NCBI GenBank assembly: GCA_022844165.1
Contig: JALHMH010000027.1
Span: 1 to 62,225, forward strand
Length of the DNA: 62,225 bases
Direction of reading: 5' to 3'
From: Lysobacterales bacterium
GTDB taxonomy: Bacteria; Pseudomonadota; Gammaproteobacteria; Xanthomonadales; SZUA-5
Under the pieces are notes generated by a model, which did no database searches, had not been told where the DNA came from, and saw nothing but the letters and a program-made list of their open reading frames with translations. This document shows positions 20,555 through 31,026 of the stretch, one piece after another. Every line of letters begins with the position of its first letter. The stretch's first letter is position 1. Made by a program: the position numbers and the translations under genes.

Positions 20555-21406
20555 ATGAAGCTTTCTTTTCCGGGCAATGAACACAAGGACATCATATCGG
20601 GCGACGGCGTGGTGCGCGTCGGGTCCGCGCCCGATTGCCGCGTGGTGTTGCCTGCTGGGAAGGACATCGGTGCTCATCATGCGGACATAGAGATCGATCA
20701 GAAGCGCGGCCTGACGTTGATCGTTGCCGATGCGGCTGTGTCCGTCCATGTGAATGCGCGACCCATCAAACAGAAAGCGATACTGCGTCTGGGCGATATG
20801 GTGACAGTCGGACAGGTCCGGATGGTGTTGAGACCAGACCAAGACCGCACGGAAAAGCCGCCCAAAGCCTCCAGTGCCGCGCAACCCATGCGCCAGGCGC
20901 CGCCCCGTGTCGTGCTGCGCGGCGTTTCCGGGGCCTACTTCGGGAAGGTGATTTCGCTGCGCGCGACAACGACGATCGGCTCCGGCCCGGACTGCGATCT
21001 GGTGCTGACCGAACCGGGACTTAGCGCCAGGCAGGTGTCGATCGAAAACACGCCGAACGGACTGTATCTCAGGAGCATCGGGCAAGCGTCTGGCGCCTAT
21101 GTCAACGGCACACAAGTTCGCGAGCTCGTGTTGAAGCCCGGCGATCAGCTTGCATTCGACCAAAACCGATTCTTGATCGAAGCGCCGGGCTATCTGCTCG
21201 AATACAACACTGGCGATGAGCCAATCACTGGCGTCATCACCCAGGTGCAGCGTCCCCTTCAAATGCCTGCGCCTGCGACAGCGCCGAAGCAGACACCGAC
21301 CAGCCAGGAAAACGACACTGTCGATTGGATCATCATGGGTGCGGCAGTGGTCACCTTGGTCGCGCTGGCTGTGCTTGTGTATCTTGAGTTCGGGCAAGTG
21401 TCTTGA
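20555..21406 (+). CDS. tandem FHA-domain membrane protein
   Basis: Two FHA-like units (VGSAPDC..HHA..VHVN; IGSGPDCDLVL..AYVNG..LKPGDQL), C-terminal TM. Confidence 0.8.
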   Translation: MKLSFPGNEHKDIISGDGVVRVGSAPDCRVVLPAGKDIGAHHADIEIDQKRGLTLIVADAAVSVHVNARPIKQKAILRLGDMVTVGQVRMVLRPDQDRTEKPPKASSAAQPMRQAPPRVVLRGVSGAYFGKVISLRATTTIGSGPDCDLVLTEPGLSARQVSIENTPNGLYLRSIGQASGAYVNGTQVRELVLKPGDQLAFDQNRFLIEAPGYLLEYNTGDEPITGVITQVQRPLQMPAPATAPKQTPTSQENDTVDWIIMGAAVVTLVALAVLVYLEFGQVS

Positions 21407-21574
21407 CAGGCGGCATGCGGCACGTACGGTCCGCTGTTTCCAGACGTATTGATGTACGCAATACCTGAACGCTGCTACACTCGGGCCAACTGCATTGATG
21501 TCCGAGCGGGACTGTGGAACAGCTTGCCGCGGCGGCTTGGTGTATGAGATTTCCAACAAAGAAGAGGACGACCG

Positions 21575-21823
21575 ATGTCCCGAGGCCATTCGTTGCAAGA
21601 CCCGTTTTTGAATGCATTGCGCCGTGAACGCATTCCCGTGTCGATCTACCTGGTGAATGGGATTAAGCTGCAAGGGCAGGTTGAATCCTTTGATCAATTT
21701 GTCGTTTTGCTCCGGAATACCGTCAGTCAGATGGTGTACAAACATGCGATCTCGACGATTGTGCCAGCGCGCAACGTGCGAATTGCAGATCCCAACGAAG
21801 ACGGCACCGATGCGCCGGCCTGA
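21575..21823 (+). CDS. hfq: RNA chaperone Hfq
   Basis: [35 protein letters not shown]. Confidence 0.98.
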   Translation: MSRGHSLQDPFLNALRRERIPVSIYLVNGIKLQGQVESFDQFVVLLRNTVSQMVYKHAISTIVPARNVRIADPNEDGTDAPA

Positions 21824-21884
21824 ACCTTCGCCTGACGCATCGTTGTCAATGAACACCCGCATCCAATGACGGAATCCCGGTTGA

Positions 21885-23204
21885 ATGTTTGAGCGCGAGA
21901 AGCGCGGCGAACGTGCGCTGTTGATACACCCCAAAGCGCGCGGCATCGACGAAGAATCGGCGGCATCAGAATTCCGCGAGCTGGTCATTTCTGCTGGCGC
22001 AGAAGTGGTGGGCGAGTTGAGCGCTCGTGTCGATCCGCCGAACGCCGCGCATTACATCGGTACCGGAAAGTTGGACGAGGCCGTCGCTGCCAAGCAAGCC
22101 CTGGATGCCGACGTGGTGCTGGTCAATCACCAGCTTTCGCCGGTGCAAGAACGCAATTTGGAGCGTGCCTTGCAGTGCCGGGTGGTCGATCGGACTGGCG
22201 TGATCCTGGATATTTTTGCCCAGCGCGCGCGCAGCCATGAAGGTAAGCTGCAAGTAGAGCTTGCACAGCTCAAACACATGTCGACGCGTCTGGTGCGCGG
22301 TTGGACCCACCTGGAGCGCCAACGCGGCGGCAGTATTGGCCTTCGCGGCCCAGGCGAAACCCAGCTTGAAACCGATCGGCGTTTGTTGGCCGAGCGCGTC
22401 AAAGTGCTCACCGAACGACTCAAGGTGGCCGTCAAGCAGCGCGAGCAGGGGCGCAAAGCGCGCGAGCGTTCCGCTCTGCCTTCGTTGGCGCTGGTCGGTT
22501 ACACCAATGCCGGAAAGTCGACGCTGTTCAACGCTCTCACCGGCGGTTCGGTGTACGCCGCCGATCAGTTGTTCGCCACGTTGGATCCCACGGTGCGCCG
22601 GCTCGATGGATTCTCGTTCGGCTCCATTACTTTGGCCGATACGGTAGGTTTTGTGCGCGATTTACCGCACGATCTGGTGGCCGCTTTCAAGAGCACGCTC
22701 ACCGAGGCCCGCGAGGCGGACGTGCTGCTGCACATCATTGATGGTGCTGACCCACAGATGCCCGAGCGCATCGCTCAAGTCGACGCGGTCCTGGCCGAAA
22801 TCGGCGCTGGAGAGGTGCCGCAGATCCAAGTTGTGAACAAGATCGACGCGCTCGGCATCGAGCCCAGGCTCGACACACTGGAAGGCCGTGTTTGCGCGCG
22901 CGTGTACCTTTCGGCAAAGACTGGCGCCGGTTTGCCCGAATTGCGCCTCGCCATCGAGCAGGTGTTTGCCGATGAATGGATCGAAAAAACGCTGCTTCTG
23001 GGATTCGAGCACGGCGCTTTGCGCTCGCGGCTGATGCAACTGGGCGTTATCACCGCCGAGCGCGATGCGGTCGGCACCGGCTGGAACGTTGACGTGCGCC
23101 TGCCTGTGCGCCTGGCTCAGCAACTGGCGAGTTTGCCGAGCGGGCAGGGCGATGTCGTCAGGCGGCAGTTGCTGGCGGGGCACGGCGGCAATTCTCCCGC
23201 ATAG
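21885..23204 (+). CDS. hflX: ribosome rescue GTPase HflX
   Basis: GPGETQLETDRR, GYTNAGKST, LFATLDPT, DTVGF, NKID. Confidence 0.96.
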   Translation: MFEREKRGERALLIHPKARGIDEESAASEFRELVISAGAEVVGELSARVDPPNAAHYIGTGKLDEAVAAKQALDADVVLVNHQLSPVQERNLERALQCRVVDRTGVILDIFAQRARSHEGKLQVELAQLKHMSTRLVRGWTHLERQRGGSIGLRGPGETQLETDRRLLAERVKVLTERLKVAVKQREQGRKARERSALPSLALVGYTNAGKSTLFNALTGGSVYAADQLFATLDPTVRRLDGFSFGSITLADTVGFVRDLPHDLVAAFKSTLTEAREADVLLHIIDGADPQMPERIAQVDAVLAEIGAGEVPQIQVVNKIDALGIEPRLDTLEGRVCARVYLSAKTGAGLPELRLAIEQVFADEWIEKTLLLGFEHGALRSRLMQLGVITAERDAVGTGWNVDVRLPVRLAQQLASLPSGQGDVVRRQLLAGHGGNSPA

Positions 23205-23744
23205 AGAGGTTCTGGCCCTCAAGTCGCCCAACTGCGATGCGGTTCAGTAAATCGACGGTGCGATGCGAATGCGTGCTTTGGTCAGCTCGGTTTTATCGTT
23301 GTGGCTTTCAACGACCGCGCTGGATGCGACGTCCTTGCCGAACACAGAGAAAAGGTTGAGGTCGAAACGTATGGACTCGGCGCCGCCCTCGCGTCCGCGG
23401 CGATACAGTCGCAAGTAGGCGACCACACATCAGCATGAGCCACGCTCCCGGTAGAGGCGCCAGAGAGCGAAGAGCAATCGATTCCGTTGTTCGTCGCGCG
23501 CCCTGACGCTGAAAGAACATCAGTACGGGAGATCCTCGCCGAAACTGCGTGGAGTGCTATTCCATCTCCAGTTGGTCTACGAAGCGCTTGGGAACGCAGA
23601 GGAATCAGTTCACCGGCCTTTCGCTGAGTAATATCGGGCCAGATGGTGCTGTGCTCCTCGGCACCATAACGCTGCTTTGACTTCTCCTCGCGCCTCGGAC
23701 ATTTCTTCCAATAATCTTCGGGACACTGCACCAGGACAACAAGC

Positions 23745-24161
23745 TTACCAATCATCCGCACTTAGCGCCGCGACCTGCGGCCTTCCGCGTTTGCGCAAAT
23801 GCTGGACCAGAGCGAAACCACCGAGTAACAGTATGGCTCCGGGACCGAACCACAGAAGCCAGGTACTCTGTTTGACCGGCGGGTTGTACAGTACAAACTC
23901 GCCGTAGCGTTCGACGAGAAAGGCTTTGATGTCTTCGTTGCTCTTGCCTGCCTGCATTTGCCGATGGATTTCCTGGCGCAAGCCGCCAGCGACGTTGGCT
24001 GGCGAATCTGCCAGGCTTTGGTTCTGGCACTGCAGGCAGCGCAGCTCTCGAAGCAGCTTTTGAAAGCGGACTTCTTCGGCGCGTCCGGAAAACTCCAGCG
24101 GTTCGATCGCGTAGATCGGGCTGATCATGGCCAACAGGAACAGCGCAACGATCGCTTTCAT
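23745..24161 (-). CDS. ccmH: cytochrome c biogenesis protein CcmH
   Basis: LRCLQCQNQSLADS, RYGEFVLYNPP. Confidence 0.93.
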   Translation of the reverse strand: MKAIVALFLLAMISPIYAIEPLEFSGRAEEVRFQKLLRELRCLQCQNQSLADSPANVAGGLRQEIHRQMQAGKSNEDIKAFLVERYGEFVLYNPPVKQSTWLLWFGPGAILLLGGFALVQHLRKRGRPQVAALSADDW

Positions 24162-24682
24162 GGTGACCCGCCCTGGATCAGCGGCATGACTTTGTTCTGC
24201 ATGTCATCCTCGGTCAAAGCACCGATATGTTTGTAGAGCACCACGCCGTCTGCGCCAATCACAAAGCTCTCGGGTGCCGCGGTAACGCCAAAGTCGATAC
24301 CGATCCGGCCGCTCGGGTCGTAGAGAATGTCGGCGTAAGGGTCGCCGAAGCGCTGCAACCACTGCAGGGCTGCGGCGGATTCGTCCTTCCAGTTCAGCCC
24401 AACCAGCCGCAGGCCGTTTTCGCGGGCGTAGCGTGCCAGGATCGGATGCTCAACTCTGCAGGTTGGACACCAGCTGGCGAATACGTTGAGCAGATACGGC
24501 TTGCCGGTCAGCGAAGCGTTGTTGTGCGTGCGGTTTGGATCGCGCAACTCTGGTGCCGAAAAGGCCGGCGCCGGTTGACCGATCAGCTGTGACTCCAGGA
24601 TGCGCGGGTCTTTGCCAATGCCGCTCCAGAGCACAAGGCCGATCAGCACAAATACGGCCAGCGGAATGAGTGCGCGCAACAT
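24158..24682 (-). CDS. ccmG: thiol:disulfide interchange protein DsbE/CcmG
   Basis: NVFASWCPTCRVEHP, GVTAAPESF. Confidence 0.92.
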   Translation of the reverse strand: MLRALIPLAVFVLIGLVLWSGIGKDPRILESQLIGQPAPAFSAPELRDPNRTHNNASLTGKPYLLNVFASWCPTCRVEHPILARYARENGLRLVGLNWKDESAAALQWLQRFGDPYADILYDPSGRIGIDFGVTAAPESFVIGADGVVLYKHIGALTEDDMQNKVMPLIQGGSP

Positions 24683-26640
24683 CAGTTCACGACCGCAGCG
24701 CCTGCCGGCAAGGGCGATTCTTCACGTACGGTCTGGCGCAGCCTGCGTTCTGTCGCTGCGATGAAAGCACCGAACATCATCAACAACGCTCCCAGCCAAA
24801 TCCACCGGATCATCGGTTTGTAGTACAGGCGCACAGCCCAGGCGTTTCCGCCGTCGATAGGTTCGCCTAAAGCGATGTAGAAGTCGGCGAAAAATCCAGC
24901 GTCGATCGCCGCTTCGGTCATGACCTGGCCACGCAGATACTGACGCTTTTGCGGGTGTTGTTCGCTCAGGACCACGCCGTTCTTCATGATTTCGAACACA
25001 CCTTCGTCGGCATGAAAGTTGGGTCCGTCATAAGGACGCAATTTCACAAATCGAACCTGGTAGCCGGCAACTTCCACGGTATCGCCCGGCGTCATGCGCA
25101 CGTCGCGTTCGACGTTCAAGGATTCGGTGACAGCGACACCAACAACGAACATCCCAACGCCGATATGGGCGAGAGTCATGCCGAGCATTTCTGCGCTCAG
25201 CCGTTGGCCGCGGGCGGCAGTCTTCCAGCGCCGACGCAGGAACGCCGCGGTGCCGAAAACAACCCACGCGCCGGCCGCAATCGCCAGCACAGCCTTGATC
25301 GGCAGCTCGCGTTGGGCTACCCAGGCAATTGCCGCGGCAACAGCCGCCAGTGCCGCGGCGCTGCGCAGCCACAACCAGACATTCGGCAGAGAATCGCTCT
25401 GCCATCGTGTCAGAGCGCCAAGTGGGATCAGCCACACCAAAGGCGCCATCAGCACAAAAAACATCAGCCCAAAATAGGGTGGGCCGACTGACACTTTGCC
25501 CCAGCCCATGGCCTCGGCAACCAGCGGATACAAGGTGCCGAGAAGAACCATGGCGCAAGCCACGGTCAGCAAGATGTTGTTTGCGAGCAGCAAGGATTCT
25601 CTCGAGAACAGACCGACAGGCGGACCGCCGATGAGTTTGGGCGCTCGGATGGCGTACAGGATGAGCGCACCGCCGGTGACGATGACCAGGAACGTCAGAA
25701 TAAACATGCCGCGCTCTGGATCGCTGGCAAACGCATGCACGCTCGTCACCACGCCCGAGCGCACCAAAAAAGCGCCCAGCAAGCTCAGGCTGAACGCGCT
25801 GATGGCGAGCAGCAATGTCCACGCGCCGAAAGTGCCGCGTTTTTCGGTGACCGCCTGACTGTGGATCAACGCGGCCCCGACCAGCCACGGCATAAATGAT
25901 GCGTTCTCAACCGGGTCCCAGAACCACCAGCCGCCCCAGCCCAATTCGTAATAGGCCCACCAACTGCCTAGCGCGATTCCAACCGTCAAGAAGCCCCAGG
26001 CGACGTTCGTCCAAGGCCGCGACCAGCGCACCCATTGACGATCAATGCGACCATCGAGCAGCGCGGCAACGGCGAACGCGAACGCCACCGCGAATCCGAC
26101 GTAGCCCATGTACAACATGGGTGGATGCACGATCAGGCCAAAATCCTGCAGTAGCGGATTCAGATCGTTGCCATCAGCCAACGCCGGCACGTGGCGTAGG
26201 AAGGGATTACTGGAAATCGCGGTAAAGCTGACAAAGCCGACGGAGATGATGCCCATTGTGCCGAGCGCGCGAGCAACGAATGGCAGCGGGAGTGCTTTGG
26301 AGAAAAGCGCAAGTGCGACAGTCCAGCCGCTCAGCATCAAAACCCAAAGCAGCAGCGAACCCTCATGTGCCCCCCACACTGCGCTGACCCGGTAGTGCAT
26401 CGGAAGCTGCAGATTGGAGTTCTGCGCCACGTAGGCAATCGAGAAATCCTGGGTCACAAAGCCCTCGACCAGAATCGCAAAAGCGAACAGCAAAAATGCG
26501 AATTGGCCATATGCTGCAGGGCGCGCCAGCAGCATCAGCGGCTCGCGATTGAGCTGCGCGCCGACCAGTGGAATCACGGCCTGGATCACTGCCAGCAGCA
26601 GCGCGAGAATGAGTGCAACCTGGCCGATTTCGGGGAGCAT
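24682..26640 (-). CDS. ccmF: heme lyase CcmF
   Basis: WGAHEGS, HPPMLY, WAYYELGWGGWWFWDPVEN, SVHAFA. Confidence 0.96.
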   Translation of the reverse strand: MLPEIGQVALILALLLAVIQAVIPLVGAQLNREPLMLLARPAAYGQFAFLLFAFAILVEGFVTQDFSIAYVAQNSNLQLPMHYRVSAVWGAHEGSLLLWVLMLSGWTVALALFSKALPLPFVARALGTMGIISVGFVSFTAISSNPFLRHVPALADGNDLNPLLQDFGLIVHPPMLYMGYVGFAVAFAFAVAALLDGRIDRQWVRWSRPWTNVAWGFLTVGIALGSWWAYYELGWGGWWFWDPVENASFMPWLVGAALIHSQAVTEKRGTFGAWTLLLAISAFSLSLLGAFLVRSGVVTSVHAFASDPERGMFILTFLVIVTGGALILYAIRAPKLIGGPPVGLFSRESLLLANNILLTVACAMVLLGTLYPLVAEAMGWGKVSVGPPYFGLMFFVLMAPLVWLIPLGALTRWQSDSLPNVWLWLRSAAALAAVAAAIAWVAQRELPIKAVLAIAAGAWVVFGTAAFLRRRWKTAARGQRLSAEMLGMTLAHIGVGMFVVGVAVTESLNVERDVRMTPGDTVEVAGYQVRFVKLRPYDGPNFHADEGVFEIMKNGVVLSEQHPQKRQYLRGQVMTEAAIDAGFFADFYIALGEPIDGGNAWAVRLYYKPMIRWIWLGALLMMFGAFIAATERRLRQTVREESPLPAGAAVVN

Positions 26641-26665
26641 GGTGAGTCGTCTTGCAGTCGAGGGA

Positions 26666-27127
26666 TTAGTACGATTTCGGTTCGGCGGTTTGCCCGGCTT
26701 GGGCCTTGCCTTTGGCGATCGCGTCGGCGACTTCCGCGGGCATATAGTTCTCGTCGTGTTTGGCGAGCACTTCGTGCGCTACGAAGACGCCGTTCTGATC
26801 GAGCTGTCCGGTGGCGATGACACTCTGGCCCTCCTTAAACAGGTCAGGCAAGATGCCTTCGTAATGTACTTTGACTTCCTTGAAGCGATCGGTGACGGCA
26901 AATGACGCGAGCAACGAGCTGCCATCGCGCTTGCTGCTGCCCTCGAGAACGACGCCGCCGAGTCGGAAATTGCGCGCAGTCGGAGCTTCGCCAGCTAACA
27001 CCGCGCTCGGACTATAAAAGTGATTGACGTTGTCGCTGAGCGCTGTCAGCGCCAGCGCGGTGGCGCTGCCAATTCCCAGCAGCAACAGACCAACCAATAC
27101 CAGACGACGTTTGCGTAAGGGGTTCAT
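26666..27127 (-). CDS. ccmE: heme chaperone CcmE
   Basis: GILPDLFKEGQ, VLAKHDENYMP. Confidence 0.94.
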   Translation of the reverse strand: MNPLRKRRLVLVGLLLLGIGSATALALTALSDNVNHFYSPSAVLAGEAPTARNFRLGGVVLEGSSKRDGSSLLASFAVTDRFKEVKVHYEGILPDLFKEGQSVIATGQLDQNGVFVAHEVLAKHDENYMPAEVADAIAKGKAQAGQTAEPKSY

Positions 27128-27297
27128 GATTCTGATCCTCGCGATTGAGCGCGTTTCGCCTGTGCGCGAATGTCTTTCAAAAGTTGCCGATGCCTGATCC
27201 AGGGAGGCACGAGATCGAACAGCAGTAACACCGCGGCGGCCGCAAGTGACGCGCTGATGAAACCCCAATGCCCCGAAGCCTCAATCCAGCCTAGCAT
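27124..27297 (-). CDS. ccmD: heme exporter protein CcmD
   Basis: 57-aa ORF (not in the ORF track) overlapping the ccmC stop and ccmE start; hydrophobic segment followed by a basic tail. Confidence 0.75.
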   Translation of the reverse strand: MLGWIEASGHWGFISASLAAAAVLLLFDLVPPWIRHRQLLKDIRAQAKRAQSRGSES

Positions 27298-28046
27298 CAG
27301 CGCGCCCCCAAGGCCAGTTCGCGAGCCCAGCTTTTACCACGCTCCTGCTCCAGCAACAGCGTTCGGGCGCGCTGCAGCAGGGCGAAAAGAAAATAGAACT
27401 TACTGGCCGCGGCCACCAGCAGCAACGGCCATAACATCGAAGCATGGATCGTACTCTTGCCGATAATCTGCACACTCTCACCTTGATGAAGTGTGTTCCA
27501 CCATTGCACCGAAAAATGGATGATCGGCACGTTGACGACACCCACCAATGCCAGTACAGCGGCGGCACGCGCGCCCTGACGAAGATCATCATACGCATTG
27601 GCTAGACCGAGCACGCCGAAGTAGAGAAACAGCAGAACCAGTTCGGAGGTCATCCGCGCATCCCACTCCCAGTAAGTGCCCCAGGTCGGTTTGCCCCACA
27701 ACATGCCCGTGATCAGCGTAACGGCTGTGAACATCGCCCCGATCGGCGCTGCGGCCATCATCAGGATCTCGCACAGTTTGATCCGCCAGATCAGCGCAAT
27801 AGCACCGTAGATCGCCATCAGGACGTAAATGAACAAGCTCATCCAGGCACTGGGAACGTGCAGGTAGATGATTCGAAAGCTCTCGCCTTGCAGGTAGTCG
27901 GCCGGGGCGCGAAACAGGCCGAAATACAGCCCGATCGCACCCAGAACCAAGGCCGCAAAGCCGGTCCAGGGTATCCAGCGCGTCGCAAACCGATAGAAGG
28001 TCGGTGGCGAACCTAAGGAGTGGAACCAGCGCAACAGTGGATTCAT
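27297..28046 (-). CDS. ccmC: heme ABC transporter permease CcmC
   Basis: IIYLHVPSAW, WGKPTWGTYWEWDAR, SVQWWNTLHQ. Confidence 0.95.
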   Translation of the reverse strand: MNPLLRWFHSLGSPPTFYRFATRWIPWTGFAALVLGAIGLYFGLFRAPADYLQGESFRIIYLHVPSAWMSLFIYVLMAIYGAIALIWRIKLCEILMMAAAPIGAMFTAVTLITGMLWGKPTWGTYWEWDARMTSELVLLFLYFGVLGLANAYDDLRQGARAAAVLALVGVVNVPIIHFSVQWWNTLHQGESVQIIGKSTIHASMLWPLLLVAAASKFYFLFALLQRARTLLLEQERGKSWARELALGAR

Positions 28047-28726
28047 GGCGGTTGGTCTGAGCCTATACGCAAGCTTGCGGCCGCTGCGAGCGGCGCCAGC
28101 GTCGTGAGCAAAGTTGTTTGAGCGGCCAGGAGCAGCAATGCACTACGAGCAGACAAGCCGGCTTGCACTGCATCGACTGCCCCGCTGCCGAAGATTAACA
28201 GCGGCAGAAACAGCGGCAGGACGATTAAGGCCAACAAGATACCACCGCGGCGTAGGCGCGCTGTCAAAGCAGACGCAACGAGCCCGATCTGCGTGGCGCC
28301 GAACGTACCCATCGCAATACTGACCAGCAGCACCGGCAACAGGCTCACGTCCAACGACAGGAGCATCGCAAGAACAGGCGTGGCCAGCAGCAAGCTAAGC
28401 CCGTACACCAGCCAGTGCGCAAGCGCCTTACCAAAGCACAATGCCGACATATGTACGGCACTGGACAGCCACTGATCGAGCGTGCCATCCGCTGCGTCTT
28501 CGCGAAAGAACTGATCGAAACTGAGAAAGTTGGCCAACAGCACCGTAACCCAGATGATCGGCGCAGCCATGGCAGAGAGCCTTGCGCGGTCTCCTCCGAG
28601 CGTAATGGCAAAGAGCAAGACCACTAGCACGGCAAATGCAAGTGGCTGCAAAACATCACTGCGTCGATGCCAGGCGAGGGTCAAGTCGCGGAACAGGAGC
28701 GAGCTGGTGGCGGAAAAGTCGCTCAC
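28043..28726 (-). CDS. ccmB: heme exporter CcmB
   Basis: FREDAADGTLD, KALAHW, LLALIVLPLFLPLLIFG; GTG start. Confidence 0.9.
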   Translation of the reverse strand: MSDFSATSSLLFRDLTLAWHRRSDVLQPLAFAVLVVLLFAITLGGDRARLSAMAAPIIWVTVLLANFLSFDQFFREDAADGTLDQWLSSAVHMSALCFGKALAHWLVYGLSLLLATPVLAMLLSLDVSLLPVLLVSIAMGTFGATQIGLVASALTARLRRGGILLALIVLPLFLPLLIFGSGAVDAVQAGLSARSALLLLAAQTTLLTTLAPLAAAASLRIGSDQPP

Positions 28727-29343
28727 GGCGAAACCAGGGTCAGTCGATGACTGGGCGCGGCGAGCTGCGCATCGCCATGGCTGGCAATCACAGCAGATCC
28801 TCCTCGCGTCAGGTGAGTTTGCAACAGGCGATGAACCAGCGTTATGCCACGTGTGTCGAGGTTGGCGAACGGCTCGTCCAGTAGCCACAACTTGGCAGAC
28901 GACGCGATCAGCGGGAGCAAGGCGACGCGTTTTTTCTGACCCGCAGACAGAGTGCGAACGGGTGAGTCCTCGTAGCCGGTCAGGCCAACCAATGCGCACA
29001 AGGCGTGCGGATCGCTCTCAATGACTCTGCCTGCGATGCCCAACGCATAACGCAGGTTTTCGATCACCGACAATTCTCGCTTGATCGCCAAGGCGTGGCC
29101 GAGCCAACGTGTATGCGCTAACAGAGGGCCGCGATCGCCGAGAACGTCCACACCAGCAAAGTTCATACTTCGTGCATTGAGCGGATACAGGCCCACCAAT
29201 GCACGTAACAGCGTGCTCTTGCCGATACCATTGGCGCCTTCGAGCAACAGCCATTCGCCCTCCCCGAGGTCGATATCGACCGCCCGAAACAGCAGCTCTG
29301 CGTCGCGCTCGCAGCTTGCATGCTCTAGTTGGAATAGCGACAT
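28723..29343 (-). CDS. ccmA: heme ABC exporter ATPase CcmA
   Basis: GANGIGKST, LSAGQKKR, WLLDEPFANLD. Confidence 0.92.
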   Translation of the reverse strand: MSLFQLEHASCERDAELLFRAVDIDLGEGEWLLLEGANGIGKSTLLRALVGLYPLNARSMNFAGVDVLGDRGPLLAHTRWLGHALAIKRELSVIENLRYALGIAGRVIESDPHALCALVGLTGYEDSPVRTLSAGQKKRVALLPLIASSAKLWLLDEPFANLDTRGITLVHRLLQTHLTRGGSAVIASHGDAQLAAPSHRLTLVSP

Positions 29344-29491
29344 GCTCGGAACTCGTATTTCGCGGCAATGCACGGCACTCTGGAAGGCAATGGCGCTTGA
29401 TCAAAAGGGAACCTGCGCGACGTCTTCTCCGGAAAGTGGCCGCAAAGTGCCGACTTCACCATGTGTCGGAGGAATGGCAGCGCCACGCGAC

Positions 29492-30928
29492 TTATGCCGT
29501 ACCGCCGACCGTGAGGCCATCGATTCGCAGCGTCGGCTGGCCTACGCCGACCGGCACGCTTTGTCCCTCCTTTCCGCAAACGCCCATGCCTTGATCAAGT
29601 TCCAGATCGTCGCCCACCATCGACACGCGTGTCAGGACATCGGGTCCGTTGCCGATGAGTGTCGCGCCTTTGACTGGAGCAGTGATCTTGCCATCTTCGA
29701 TCAGATACGCTTCGCTTGCCGAAAACACAAACTTGCCGCTGGTGATATCGACCTGGCCGCCGCCAAAGTTGACTGCGTACAAGCCCTTCCTGACGCTGCG
29801 AATGATCTCTTCGCGCTGGTGCGGCCCGGGCTGCATGTAGGTGTTGGTCATGCGCGGCATTGGCAAATGCGCAAAGGACTCACGTCTTCCGTTGCCGGTG
29901 CTGGATACCTTCATCAGCCGGGCATTGAGTTTGTCGAAGAGGTAGCCTTTCAGCACACCATTTTCGATGAGCGTCGTGCATTGACTGGGCGTGCCTTCGT
30001 CGTCGATCGACAACGATCCACGTCGGCGCGGTAACGTTCCATCGTCTACCACCGTGATCAGTTTCGACGCAACGGTGTCACCCATGCGGCCTGAAAACGC
30101 GCTGGTTCCCTTGCGATTGAAGTCGCCTTCGAGACCATGCCCGATGGCTTCATGCAACAAAATTCCCGGCCATCCGGATCCGAGCACGACGGTCATGGAG
30201 CCCGCCGGTGCCGGCACCGATTCGAGGTTCACCAGAGCTTGTCGAACGGCTTCGGCGGCATGCCAACGGACTTTCTCGCCAGCAAGCCACTCGCCGAACG
30301 CGAGGCGGCCGCCGCCGCCGGAGAATCCCGATTCGCGCCGTCCGTTCGCGGCAGCGATGACTTGTACGCGGAACTGGACGAGCGGACGCACGTCCGCAGC
30401 GTACGTCCCATCGGTTTGAGCAATCAACACAGTATCAATCTCAGCCGAAAGGCTGACCATGACCTGTTGCACTCTAGGGTCCAGACTGCGCGCATACGCG
30501 TCAACGTCTTTAAGCAGGCGAACCTTGGACTCCGAATCAAGACTTTCGATAGGGTCCTGCGCGGTATACATCGCGGTCCCAAAACTCGGCTTGACGGCAT
30601 GCGCAGTCACCTCATGACCGCCCCGCGCGATCGCCCGCGCACTGCCGGCTGCTTCAAGCAGCGACGGGCCGTCAATTTCGTCCGAATAGGAGAATCCCAC
30701 CTTTTCACCGGCGACAGCACGTACGCCTACGCCTTGTTCGATGTGGTGTGTGCCGTCCTTGACGATGCCATCCTCAAGCGCCCAGGATTCGGCGCGCGAA
30801 TGCTGGAAGTAGAGATCTGCGCTATCGACGCCTGGCCTGAGCAGCGCGTTGAGCGTGCGCTCAATCGTCGACGGGCCAACGTCGCCGGACAAAAAGCGCT
30901 GCTCGGCAACGGCCATGACTGAATTCAT
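29492..30928 (-). CDS. tldD: metalloprotease TldD
   Basis: GVGVRAV, GWPGILLHEAIGHGLEGDFNRK, MPRMTNT, CGKEGQSVPV. Confidence 0.95.
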   Translation of the reverse strand: MNSVMAVAEQRFLSGDVGPSTIERTLNALLRPGVDSADLYFQHSRAESWALEDGIVKDGTHHIEQGVGVRAVAGEKVGFSYSDEIDGPSLLEAAGSARAIARGGHEVTAHAVKPSFGTAMYTAQDPIESLDSESKVRLLKDVDAYARSLDPRVQQVMVSLSAEIDTVLIAQTDGTYAADVRPLVQFRVQVIAAANGRRESGFSGGGGRLAFGEWLAGEKVRWHAAEAVRQALVNLESVPAPAGSMTVVLGSGWPGILLHEAIGHGLEGDFNRKGTSAFSGRMGDTVASKLITVVDDGTLPRRRGSLSIDDEGTPSQCTTLIENGVLKGYLFDKLNARLMKVSSTGNGRRESFAHLPMPRMTNTYMQPGPHQREEIIRSVRKGLYAVNFGGGQVDITSGKFVFSASEAYLIEDGKITAPVKGATLIGNGPDVLTRVSMVGDDLELDQGMGVCGKEGQSVPVGVGQPTLRIDGLTVGGTA

Positions 30929-31026
30929 TGTAGAGTTCTCGTTATGCAAATGCGAGCGCAGTCTAAGCGTTTCGCAATGAACACGTGCTCGTTCCAATTT
31001 GCAAGCACTCTTGTGAACGCCACGCG

